A DNA stretch of 64,000 nucleotides, from contig CAZBGZ010000001.1 of the NCBI GenBank assembly GCA_964491925.1, positions 257,621-321,620 of the forward strand. The letters run 5' to 3'. The notes under the pieces were generated by a model that saw only the letters and a program-made list of their open reading frames with translations, searched no databases and had not been told where the DNA came from. Below, one piece after another: positions 47,276-56,600 of this stretch. Numbering within the stretch: position 1 is the stretch's first letter; each line of letters opens with the position of its first letter. Position numbers and translations under genes: made by a program. The DNA is from an uncultured Candidatus Saccharibacteria bacterium. GTDB taxonomy: Bacteria; Patescibacteriota; Saccharimonadia; Saccharimonadales; JAGQNJ01.

Positions 47276-48221
47276 AGATATCAGTTTAGCAAACGTATGG
47301 CGTTCGTTTGTAGCTTTTCGTAAGGGCAAAAAACCAAGCCGTGTTATTACAGAATTTGAATACGAATTACTTGATAACATCCTCAAATTGACTACTGAAC
47401 TCCAAACTGGCACTTACAGGCACGGTCCATATTCTCATATGATCGTTAATGACAACAAGCGACGAGACATTGCTGTGGCGTCTGTTCGCGATAGAGTTGT
47501 GCATCGATTGCTTTACGATTATTTAGTTACAATCTGGGATAAAACGTTCATTTACGATGCCTGGTCGTGCAGGCAGAACAAAGGTTTGCATAGTGCAATA
47601 GATAGAGCGCAAAAATTTATGCGGCAACATAAAGATGGTTGGCTTTGGCGCGGGGACGTAACAAAGTTATTTGACTCAGTTGACAAGAATACGCTGTTAC
47701 GATTACTGAGACGACGGGTAAGTGACCCGACAGCCTTGTGGCTACTGAGTGAGACGATAGAAAGTTATCATAGCTTTGATAATAACAGAGGTATCCCAAT
47801 CGGCAATCTCACTAGTCAAATCCTAGCAAACATCTACCTAAACGAATTTGATCGTTATATCACGCACAGAATAAAGCCGAATGCGTACCTTCGTTATGGC
47901 GACGATTGGTTATGCTTTATGGACGATAAGGCAAAACTAGAAAACGCACGTAAAAAGGCAGAAGACTTTCTGGGGTGCGAACTTAACCTGGATGTTAATC
48001 CTAATGTAAACCTCATAAATCCTGTGCGTAAAGGGGTGTCGTATCTGGGTGTTGATCTTTGGTCGTCAGGACGAAGACTTGATAAGGACGCACAAAATAA
48101 AATGAAACGAAACTTAAATGTGCGTAACGCAGCAAGTTATAAGGCACTGATGGTTCATAACCAATCGATAAAGCAAATTCGACGCTTTGATTGGATCATT
48201 CAAAGTATTAACGAGCCATAA
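47250..48221 (+). CDS. DGR reverse transcriptase
   Basis: RT motifs include the N-terminal FRKGKKPSRVITEFEYEL...GTYRHGPY, RDRVVHRLL, the DGR-specific IPIGNLTSQILANIYL (IGxxxSQ in place of QGxxxSP) and the catalytic RYGDDWL (YxDD). Confidence 0.85.
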   Translation: MVMTGNSSIDISLANVWRSFVAFRKGKKPSRVITEFEYELLDNILKLTTELQTGTYRHGPYSHMIVNDNKRRDIAVASVRDRVVHRLLYDYLVTIWDKTFIYDAWSCRQNKGLHSAIDRAQKFMRQHKDGWLWRGDVTKLFDSVDKNTLLRLLRRRVSDPTALWLLSETIESYHSFDNNRGIPIGNLTSQILANIYLNEFDRYITHRIKPNAYLRYGDDWLCFMDDKAKLENARKKAEDFLGCELNLDVNPNVNLINPVRKGVSYLGVDLWSSGRRLDKDAQNKMKRNLNVRNAASYKALMVHNQSIKQIRRFDWIIQSINEP

Positions 48222-48405
48222 TCTACTCACCATACCGGTTTTCGACTTAGGTAAGTAGCCGCATTCGTACTACCTAAAACTAAATTGCTTTAGCTTACTT
48301 TACAATGAACTTTGACTAATTGCAAACACCTATGGTATCTTAGGACGAGTATATTTTGTCTTTTCGCGGAGAAAACGGCAAAGGTGGGAGAAAGATGATT
48401 ATTAA

Positions 48406-49275
48406 ATGCTTCACAAGTACGGTTACACCTTTATTGAAATTCCAGTCAATAAAATTCAAAGAGATGTAAATCAGCCACGTCGTGATTTCGGCACAGAAGG
48501 TGACACCAATAGGTTATTACTGTCTATTAAGCAGTACGGTATAGAAAACCCCATCTCAGTTAGTGAGCTAGAAGATGGTCGTTACATTATTATTGATGGT
48601 CACAGGCGTTATATTTGCGCTCAGAAGCTTGGTTATGAGCAAGTTCCTTGTCGGGTGTATCCCAAATTATCAAATGCTGAACTAGAAACACGTAGGTATG
48701 AAATCCAAAACAATCGTCGTTCCTGGAAGCCAATGGAGCGATCCGAAGCCTTAGAAAGAATTAAGGCTGAAAAGGGCTTTTCAAGCAACCGTCAGCTCGC
48801 AGATCACTTAGGTATAACAGAAGCTGTGGTTGCTAATTCGCTCCAACTTCGTAAGCAAAAAATGGATTACATTGAGTTAATGGAGCGTTACGATTTAAGT
48901 GAAAGTTACCGTATCGAATTTGTAAGACTTAAACCGAAACTACGCAAAATCCGTAGTGTGGAAGTGGACGACATAATCATTAATCTTTTTAATCGTATCC
49001 AACACAAGGTTATTAAAAATGCCAAGGAACTACGCAAGCTCGGCAGTATATTCTTGCGGGCAACGGCGAATGAAGAGGAGCTGGCTCGATACTTAGCAGA
49101 TCCCGATATGACGGTCCACGAGCTTGAACAGAGAACCCTACAGTCAGGTTTCTCCTTGCACATTGAGCAACTCATCAAAGGCATTAGCCAGAAGAGAGCC
49201 GAAGGCGTTGCGTTTAGTTCGCAAGAGAAGGCTTTTCTTGATCAACTTAAAAAACTACTAAACGAGGCGCTATAG
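48406..49275 (+). CDS. ParB-like N-terminal (ParB/Srx nuclease) domain protein
   Basis: IIIDGHRRYICAQKLGYEQVPC is the ParB-type GxRR box. 289 aa with a helical C-terminal half. Confidence 0.6.
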   Translation: MLHKYGYTFIEIPVNKIQRDVNQPRRDFGTEGDTNRLLLSIKQYGIENPISVSELEDGRYIIIDGHRRYICAQKLGYEQVPCRVYPKLSNAELETRRYEIQNNRRSWKPMERSEALERIKAEKGFSSNRQLADHLGITEAVVANSLQLRKQKMDYIELMERYDLSESYRIEFVRLKPKLRKIRSVEVDDIIINLFNRIQHKVIKNAKELRKLGSIFLRATANEEELARYLADPDMTVHELEQRTLQSGFSLHIEQLIKGISQKRAEGVAFSSQEKAFLDQLKKLLNEAL

Positions 49276-49282
49276 GTAAAAA

Positions 49283-50629
49283 ATGTTTGGCACGGAGGGT
49301 ATAAAGAAAAAAGCGGTGGCATATTATCGCCACTCAGCAGAAGATAAACAAGAAAACTCTGTCCCTATACAGCGAGACCAGGCTAATGAGTTTGCGGCAA
49401 AGTATGGCATTGAGATAATCCACGAAGAGGCTGATGAAGGTAAAAGTGGTTTATCAGCTGCACGTCCAGGTTTTGAACGACTGTTTGAAGATTGGGTTTT
49501 AAACCCAGATGCTCAGGAGTTTGATTATATACTCGTGTTAGATGTTACGAGGTGGGGGCGTTTTCAGGACCCTGACGAAGCTGCTTATTGGGAGATGCAG
49601 TGTAAGAAAAGAAACAAAAAGGTGATATACATTTCCAGAGGTTTCCCAAAGGAAGAGGAAAAATTGCTGTCTAGCCTTGAAACATCAATCGGTCGGTATA
49701 TGGCTGCTGAATATAGCAGGCAGTTAAGCGATAAGGTGTGGCACGGGAGTATGAAAATTTCTGAGCAGGGATTTTCAGCTGGTGGTACAGCGCCCTATGG
49801 GTATGTGCGCGTGCTATTTGATGAGAACAAGGAGAGGGTCGGCATACTAAAAAAGGGCGAACACAAGGTTATAGCAAATCAACGGGTTACTTTTGAGCCT
49901 GCGAATGATGGCTCGGAGCAAGTAGTAAAGGATATATTCGCAATGTTTGTAAAGCGGGGCATTCCGCCCGAAGACATCGCTAATCAATTAAACGAAAATG
50001 CCGTTGTGTCAGCCACGGGTAAGGTGTGGGATGCGTCTAAGGTTGTTCGCGTCCTGGGTAATGAAACCTACACGGGGACTAAGTTGTATAACAAAACCTG
50101 GAGTCGACTAAAGCAAAGACAACGCAAAAATCCCGTAGAAGAGTGGGTCAGGTGCGAGGATGCTTTTGAAGCGTTGGTTAGCCGTAAAGATTTTGAATTT
50201 GCCCAGGAGCAACTTTACTGGTCTATGCCGTCTCGTTGGAGGCACGGCATACACAAGGTCAACAGAACGCGCCGCTCAATCGAGGATTATGTAGATAAGC
50301 TAGTAGAAAGCTACGAAGATGACAGGCGCTATCAAGTTCGTAAGCGTCTGCCGGTAACGTTCGGGCTAACGTACTATCAAGATGGGGTAGCTAAAAGGTG
50401 TTTCAAGATCACCGAAGAAATGCGTAAACACAGCGAAATTATAGGAGTTAGTGTCAATATGTTTGCAAAAAACAAAATAGATGCAGTGTTTTCGTTGCCA
50501 ACGCATAATTTCGGGATCGGTAATTACTGGGTAGTCAATGATGCAGATAAAAATACACCTGACTACAAGATAGAAGGTGAGGACATCAATACCAAAGTCC
50601 TCAATCTATGCAACAGCATAACCCTCTAG
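49283..50629 (+). CDS. Large serine recombinase (second copy family)
   Basis: Resolvase catalytic domain AVAYYRHSAEDKQENSVPIQRDQ...EADEGKSGLSAARPGFERL...DYILVLDVTRWGR, then a recombinase domain. 448 aa. Confidence 0.8.
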   Translation: MFGTEGIKKKAVAYYRHSAEDKQENSVPIQRDQANEFAAKYGIEIIHEEADEGKSGLSAARPGFERLFEDWVLNPDAQEFDYILVLDVTRWGRFQDPDEAAYWEMQCKKRNKKVIYISRGFPKEEEKLLSSLETSIGRYMAAEYSRQLSDKVWHGSMKISEQGFSAGGTAPYGYVRVLFDENKERVGILKKGEHKVIANQRVTFEPANDGSEQVVKDIFAMFVKRGIPPEDIANQLNENAVVSATGKVWDASKVVRVLGNETYTGTKLYNKTWSRLKQRQRKNPVEEWVRCEDAFEALVSRKDFEFAQEQLYWSMPSRWRHGIHKVNRTRRSIEDYVDKLVESYEDDRRYQVRKRLPVTFGLTYYQDGVAKRCFKITEEMRKHSEIIGVSVNMFAKNKIDAVFSLPTHNFGIGNYWVVNDADKNTPDYKIEGEDINTKVLNLCNSITL

Positions 50630-50641
50630 CTCCTGGGTTTG

Positions 50642-52219
50642 TTAAGAACTACGCTTTTTTAGGGATATAGCTAGTATGGCATTGGTAAGATGATGGATGT
50701 TTATAGGGTTTTGCCACATTACTTTTGTGATTGTAACGTGATGTTCGCGTGGGTATCTATAAGTGTTCTGTTGAATGATTACCTCATCATTAACAGCTAA
50801 CTTATCAAACAGAGCCTTACAAAAATGGCGTCGGATGGCTGGATCTGCATTGATATAAGCCTTGGAAAAATTTAATTCTTTGACCATTTTTAAAGCACGA
50901 GCCTGACGTCCATCAATAATCTTTAATCGTCTGGTTGCCTCCGTAATTACTCCTTGAGCTTGGCGTGTTTCTTCATTAATACGTTTCTGCTCACTCTTGA
51001 ATAGGTCCGCAGAGATAACTTTGTCATAGTACGTTTGGAGTAAATTTTCCTTCTCTGCCTGAAGCCGCACTACCCGCTGAGTTTGAGCTTTGGTATCAGT
51101 TTCAGCGTAGGCTCTTTCACTGCCAAGCTCGTTTTCAATTTGCTCAGATAACTTTTGGCGATCTGAAGCAGATAGGTTTAGGATTTTAAGCTGGTTGATA
51201 ACTTCTTGTTCTATCTTCTGAGCCGGTATGTATGGTTGGTTGCACTGTTGATTTTTACGGTTTAAACACGAATAGTATTCATACTTATGTTTACTGACCA
51301 TATAACATAAGTGCCTATTACACCGACTGCACAGCAACAACCTGGATAGGTAATGGTTGTGGCTGCGATTTTTTCGGCTCAAACAATATCGACTTTCACG
51401 GATAGCTTGACCGGCGGCAAATACAGCAGGTGTTACTAGCGGTTGATGATTACCATTGTACTCAGTACCGCAATACGTTACATAGCCAAGGTAGTAGCGG
51501 TTTTGTAGAAGTTTATTAAGACCACCGTGGCTTATCGGCTCTACCTTTGACCGAGAACGAAGCCTGGTACGCAAACCACGTTTAGATAGTTGGTCTAATA
51601 ACTCTAACTCACTGTAATCACCCGTTGCGTAGCACTCGAAAGCCCAGCGTATAAGTGGCGCTCGTGATTGATCTAGGGCAACCGTATGAACCTCGCGCCT
51701 GTTAACACGCTCCGTCACATTTACGTATCCGATTGGTGCTTGGAAGGGTGTACCTCCTCGCTTGGCTTTTTCAGTTGCTCCTTTCAATGCCTCAGCTGCT
51801 AAGTTTCTGCTATAGAATTCAGCAATAGTTGCCATTATGCCGTGCAGCAACCTACCGGATGGTGTTTCGTCTATATTCTCTGTTACGGAGACAAGCGTCG
51901 CCCCAGCTTTTTTAATCGCTAAACCGATCATTACATCGTCGTGAAGATTACGAGCCAACCGGTCTATTTTGTGGACGATAACGCTCTGGATATTTTGTTT
52001 CTTGTCACATAAGTCGTGTAGCAATCGTTGTAATTCCGGTCTGGATGCTGAACGAGCTGACTCGCCACGATCTGCATACTCCCTTATGCGAGTAGCACCC
52101 AGCTCTTTAGCTTTTCTTCTGCACGCTTCACGTTGTGCAGGTATAGAATAACCCTCTCGCTGATTATTTTTTGTTGCTTGGTCGAGTGTTGAAACTCGTA
52201 AATATATTGCTACCTTCAT
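50642..52219 (-). CDS. Large serine recombinase (third copy) with zinc ribbon
   Basis: VAIYLRVSTLDQATKNN...YADRGESARSASRPELQRLL...VIVHKIDRLARN catalytic domain, a recombinase domain and the zinc ribbon CSRCNRHLCYMVSKHKYEYYSC. 525 aa. Convergent with 49283..50629. Confidence 0.85.
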   Translation of the reverse strand: MKVAIYLRVSTLDQATKNNQREGYSIPAQREACRRKAKELGATRIREYADRGESARSASRPELQRLLHDLCDKKQNIQSVIVHKIDRLARNLHDDVMIGLAIKKAGATLVSVTENIDETPSGRLLHGIMATIAEFYSRNLAAEALKGATEKAKRGGTPFQAPIGYVNVTERVNRREVHTVALDQSRAPLIRWAFECYATGDYSELELLDQLSKRGLRTRLRSRSKVEPISHGGLNKLLQNRYYLGYVTYCGTEYNGNHQPLVTPAVFAAGQAIRESRYCLSRKNRSHNHYLSRLLLCSRCNRHLCYMVSKHKYEYYSCLNRKNQQCNQPYIPAQKIEQEVINQLKILNLSASDRQKLSEQIENELGSERAYAETDTKAQTQRVVRLQAEKENLLQTYYDKVISADLFKSEQKRINEETRQAQGVITEATRRLKIIDGRQARALKMVKELNFSKAYINADPAIRRHFCKALFDKLAVNDEVIIQQNTYRYPREHHVTITKVMWQNPINIHHLTNAILAISLKKRSS

Positions 52220-52356
52220 AGCTGTCCTCCTTTATTGTTTTGTCTTTTTATAATGACCCCTATATAGAGACGGAGCCGTTATTAAGCAGAAGGGGGTTGA
52301 TCTACTTTAGGTTTGTGATATACTAAAAGTTAAAGTTTAAAGTAAAGGTATAAAGT

Positions 52357-53364
52357 ATGATAACTTCAAACTTACAAGTAACACTTCAAAAGCTCACAGA
52401 TAAGAAGGGCCAACTTCAAAAATTGCGTCCATTATCTGCTGATTATCTCAAAAACCTAGCCGAGTGGTTTAAGGTTGAGTTGACCTATAACTCAAACGCT
52501 ATTGAGGGCAACACGCTTAATCGTCGTGAAACCGCACTCGTAATAGAAAAGGGCGTTACAGTTAAGGGCAAAACATTAACTGAACACCTAGAGGCTACCA
52601 ACCACGCCGAAGCAATTGATTACGTTAAAGATTTAGCAGCTAATACTAAACAGCAAGATCTCACCAAGCAAGACGTAATGAACATTCACAAGCTCATTTT
52701 GCAAAAGATTGATGATGAAAACGCAGGAAAGTATCGCAACGTGCCGGTTGCAATAGCTGGTTCTGATGTTGAGCTACCTGATCCACTTAAAGTACCTGAG
52801 TTAATGGAAGAATTTTTTACTTGGCTAAAGAGTAAAAGCGACACACACCCAGTCATTGTAGCTGCCGATGCTCACTACAAACTAGTCCGAATACACCCTT
52901 TTGTAGATGGTAATGGACGAACTGCACGATTGCTTATGAACTTACTTCTTATGCAAGCCAACTATCCCATTACCGTTATTGGCAATGATAAGCGAGAAGA
53001 TTATATCAATGCTCTAGAAAAAGCTCATATGACAGGCGACCTGAATGATTTCTATTCGTTGGTTACTAAAGCTGTAGACAGCTCACTTGATGTGTATCTT
53101 GGTAATAAGAAGCCTAGGGGAGTTAAAGAGGAGCGTCTACTTAAGATTGGCGAACTAGCTCGGGCCAGCGATGTGCCAACTAGTACAATACGTTTCTGGA
53201 CCAATGAGGGTCTGTTAAAAGTAGCTAAAACTACTGAAGGTGGCTACAGATGGTTTAACGAGAGTAGCCTAAAGACAGTTGAAAAAATCAAAGAACTACA
53301 AGCTAAGCGGCTAACGCTTGATGAGATTAAATCTGAAATCAATAAAGCAAATCTGACGTCCTGA
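52357..53364 (+). CDS. Fic-family protein (AMPylase/Doc-type) with C-terminal MerR-type HTH
   Basis: Fic motif HPFVDGNGRTARLLMNLLL. C-terminal IGELARASDVPTSTIRFWTNEGLL...GGYRWF is a MerR-family HTH. Confidence 0.85.
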   Translation: MITSNLQVTLQKLTDKKGQLQKLRPLSADYLKNLAEWFKVELTYNSNAIEGNTLNRRETALVIEKGVTVKGKTLTEHLEATNHAEAIDYVKDLAANTKQQDLTKQDVMNIHKLILQKIDDENAGKYRNVPVAIAGSDVELPDPLKVPELMEEFFTWLKSKSDTHPVIVAADAHYKLVRIHPFVDGNGRTARLLMNLLLMQANYPITVIGNDKREDYINALEKAHMTGDLNDFYSLVTKAVDSSLDVYLGNKKPRGVKEERLLKIGELARASDVPTSTIRFWTNEGLLKVAKTTEGGYRWFNESSLKTVEKIKELQAKRLTLDEIKSEINKANLTS

Positions 53365-53424
53365 TTGGCTTAGTAGACTTTCTTCGCTAGTTTTTCGGTG
53401 TATTTGTCTGAGTATCCACGCTTA

Positions 53425-53440
53425 CCTCTATCGGTAGAGG
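53425..53440. other. Perfect palindrome CCTCTATCGGTAGAGG downstream of the Fic gene, near the right edge of the mobile element
   Basis: Read directly from the sequence. Candidate recombination or protein-binding site. No T-run follows. Confidence 0.4.
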
Positions 53441-53665
53441 GCATCTTGAAGGTTAGTTTAAAAGGTAGGGTAGCGTCCCAACAATACCAATTGATAATGA
53501 CATAGCCTTAATTCTAACAGAGGTAGTGACGTTTTGCCACAATTTATCTTTTGAATAGGATTTTATTATTGTACCAATTATCCATCAGTGAATGTTGAAA
53601 TTTTTTACCCCTTTAACCATAAGCACGGATAATGTATATTATAAAGTAACGAGAAAAATGAGACA

Positions 53666-56600
53666 ATGAAAGACGATACCATTAATTCAGAAAGTGAATC
53701 AACCACCAAAAACTCTAACGATGGGTATATTGGAGGGGAGCCGGCTGAAATTAATACAACAATCATTAATAAAGCTTCAAAGAATAAAAAAAGAACGCTT
53801 TTCGTTGGGTTAGCTGTCTCGATTGTATTCGTCAGTTTGGGATTGAGTTTGTGGCTAATTTCGGGAGGACTTTTTAACCAAACAAATAATGGCAAATTAC
53901 CAATTACTATTGGCGCCGTGACTATAACACAAAAAGATGTCGACAAATACGTTAGTGCTATTTCGGCTATTGAAAAACGTGGTAAAAATACCAAAGTTTA
54001 TGGAAATCCGAAACAACTTGCGATTGACGACCTGATTATGAATGCGGCATTACGCAAAGAATCATTTGAGAATAATCAGGCGCTAACTGACCAGCAGATT
54101 AAAGAATTATATAAATTGCCCGACAATGTTAACCCATCCAATTTCTATAATAATAAATCATCTTACGATATCGATAGCATCCAGTTCTATGAATCGCTGA
54201 AAAAAGATATAAATTCTTCGATGCTTAGTCTAGACGGTAGAATTATTGATCAAAAAACTCTATTCGTTGTGTCGGTGCCTTTTGATACCAAGTTCTTTAA
54301 TTCACAAACTAACCAAAAAACTCTTAAGCAAATACATACAAAAGCAAAAAACCAACTCAAAAATGAGATTTTACCACTTTTTATTAACGGAAAATCTAGA
54401 GAAGATATTATTAAAAAGGTAGACATAAATAGTGCACTCGATGTCGGTAAAAATAATATACTATATCAGCAAAAGCCAGTAACCGTAGCTACATCGATAC
54501 AAAACTATAATAGTGTGGTTGGTTACAGCAAGGAATCAGGGGTAATTACGCCGACTAATTTTGATGATGTCGGTTTATTACCGCAAAAATTCTCTGATCA
54601 GGACAACGCTGATTACGGTATAAAGTTACAGAATTTAGAAGACACAAATAAAAAAACAGAATTGTTGGAGAATAAAGGTGATCATACAGCTGTTTTTACA
54701 TCAAAAACAGGGGCATATATGATAATGCGGTTAGAGAACAAAACCGACAACAAGTACAACAATTGGAAAGATTTTTTAGAAATATATAAAAAAGATGTGG
54801 CAAAGATTGCCCACAACCAACAATTGTCTTCGCATATTGCTAACAACAAATCCAAGGCTATTGGGGGTGCGAAACGTGCGAAAGATTTATTGACAAAAAT
54901 GCCGGTTGCACACGCGCAACAGGGTAACTACTCTTGTAATGTTGAAATTGGAGGCTTGCGTATTTCCGGGTCGGGTAATTCTGTTAAATCAGACGTTAGG
55001 GTTACTGGGAGCAATAGTAATTGCCATAGATACGCAACTCTCGCCATGTGGGACAGAAGGAACCAATCAGGCCTACCTTTGAGAAATCAAATTTTATTAG
55101 GGAGTGATACACAAGAACTAGACGCTGGGCATTCATATGTTCTAGAGGTTCCCATACCAACATGTGTTTACTGGCAGGCTGATTTGCTAGGTCAGCAGAG
55201 CCCAACATCGGTCACTAATGGTAATGCTAACTATGTTATTCCACCAGATATTTTAGTTGGTTATATGTTGGGGGGGCAGGGCAATACTGGTGCTGGTTGC
55301 CAGCAACCTACGGGACCAGAATGTACCCTAACTGTTACTCCAAGTACGCTTCCAGCAGGCGGGGGCACAGTGACCGTAAGATGGACGAGTAGCCATAATC
55401 AATCAGGATATATTGATAATGGCATAGGCGAACTCGGTAATGTGAATACTCCCACAGACCGATTTGGAGAGGATACAACAGTTAATGTGAGCCAATCAAC
55501 CACCTTTACAGGCAGATGGACAGCAGATAATGGCGGGATCGCTACTTGTCAAGATTCAGTTACGGTAGGAGGGGTCATTGATGTTTGCCCGAATATTGAT
55601 GGTATTCAGGATAGAATTCCAGATGGGCTACATTTTGATGCAAACGGTGACTGTGTTGGTCCTACTACTCGGCCGCCACCAACTTTTAAGCCATATCTAA
55701 GAGTCTATGGGAACGACGTTATTGTTGGTAGCGCATTTAGTGATACAGAAACCTGTGGGACAAACTCCTCTGCCAGAATACGGGCCTTTACACATAGCGC
55801 TATCGAGGGTGGCCGTCGTATATCTACTGGCTCTTCGGGGCAATACGGGGTTTTCGATTATGCAGGAGTACAAGATCCTGATAACAGTGGCCTGGCAAAC
55901 GGGATAGAAAATTTCTTTAGTGATAATTTACGATCAAAAGCTTCTGTACAAACTGGTTATGGCTGGCTGACATATGGCGCTGCCAACGATTTAACCTTTG
56001 GTAATTATTATGTTGCTAGACCTATGCCTGATCCAAGGCATCCTGGCCAAGAAATTGTGTACGGTGGTCGGGTAGGTGGTTACGGTGGTCAAAGCGGTAT
56101 ATTGCATTGTATCCCTGATTACTACAAAAGGGTTACAGAAACAGGCAGAGCGGCAATCCCGGGTGGGACAATGAGCGCCGTTGCCCCTACGTTGGCCAGC
56201 CCAATTGATGATGGGCAGAGAGAGGTGGTTGTGGTCAACGGTAACTTATACATCGATAAGAATATTGAGTACAAAAACGCGGATACCGTAAATGGATGGT
56301 CAAGCATAGATAAGATACCTAGCGTGGTAGTTATAGTAAAAGGCAATATCAGTATTTCACCTGATGTGACACGTTTGGACGGGATATTCGTTGCTCAACC
56401 AGATGATAGTAACAACAAGGGTGAAATCTATACCTGTGGAGATAGCACTGGGCCGTTAGATCTTCAAAGGGGTGGTCGTGATGTAATTTCTGAAATATGC
56501 AGAAAAAAATTGACCATAAACGGTTCTTTCATTGCCAAAAAAGCTGTATTTTATCGAACTAACGGGTCTGTCTTATGCCCCGATAACCAAAATACTGTTT

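Noticed and set aside
46937-47413. Full-length 158-aa minus-strand ORF spanning the RT start
   Set aside because: Only the C-terminal roughly 113 aa, from the internal Met at about 47275, resemble Avd. The N-terminal extension overlaps the RT coding start and has no support. It is reported as a shorter avd instead.
53605-53994. 129-aa minus-strand ORF overlapping the start of the 1039-aa surface protein gene
   Set aside because: Hydrophobic low-complexity translation with no upstream signals, fully overlapping a much longer well-formed ORF. Likely spurious.
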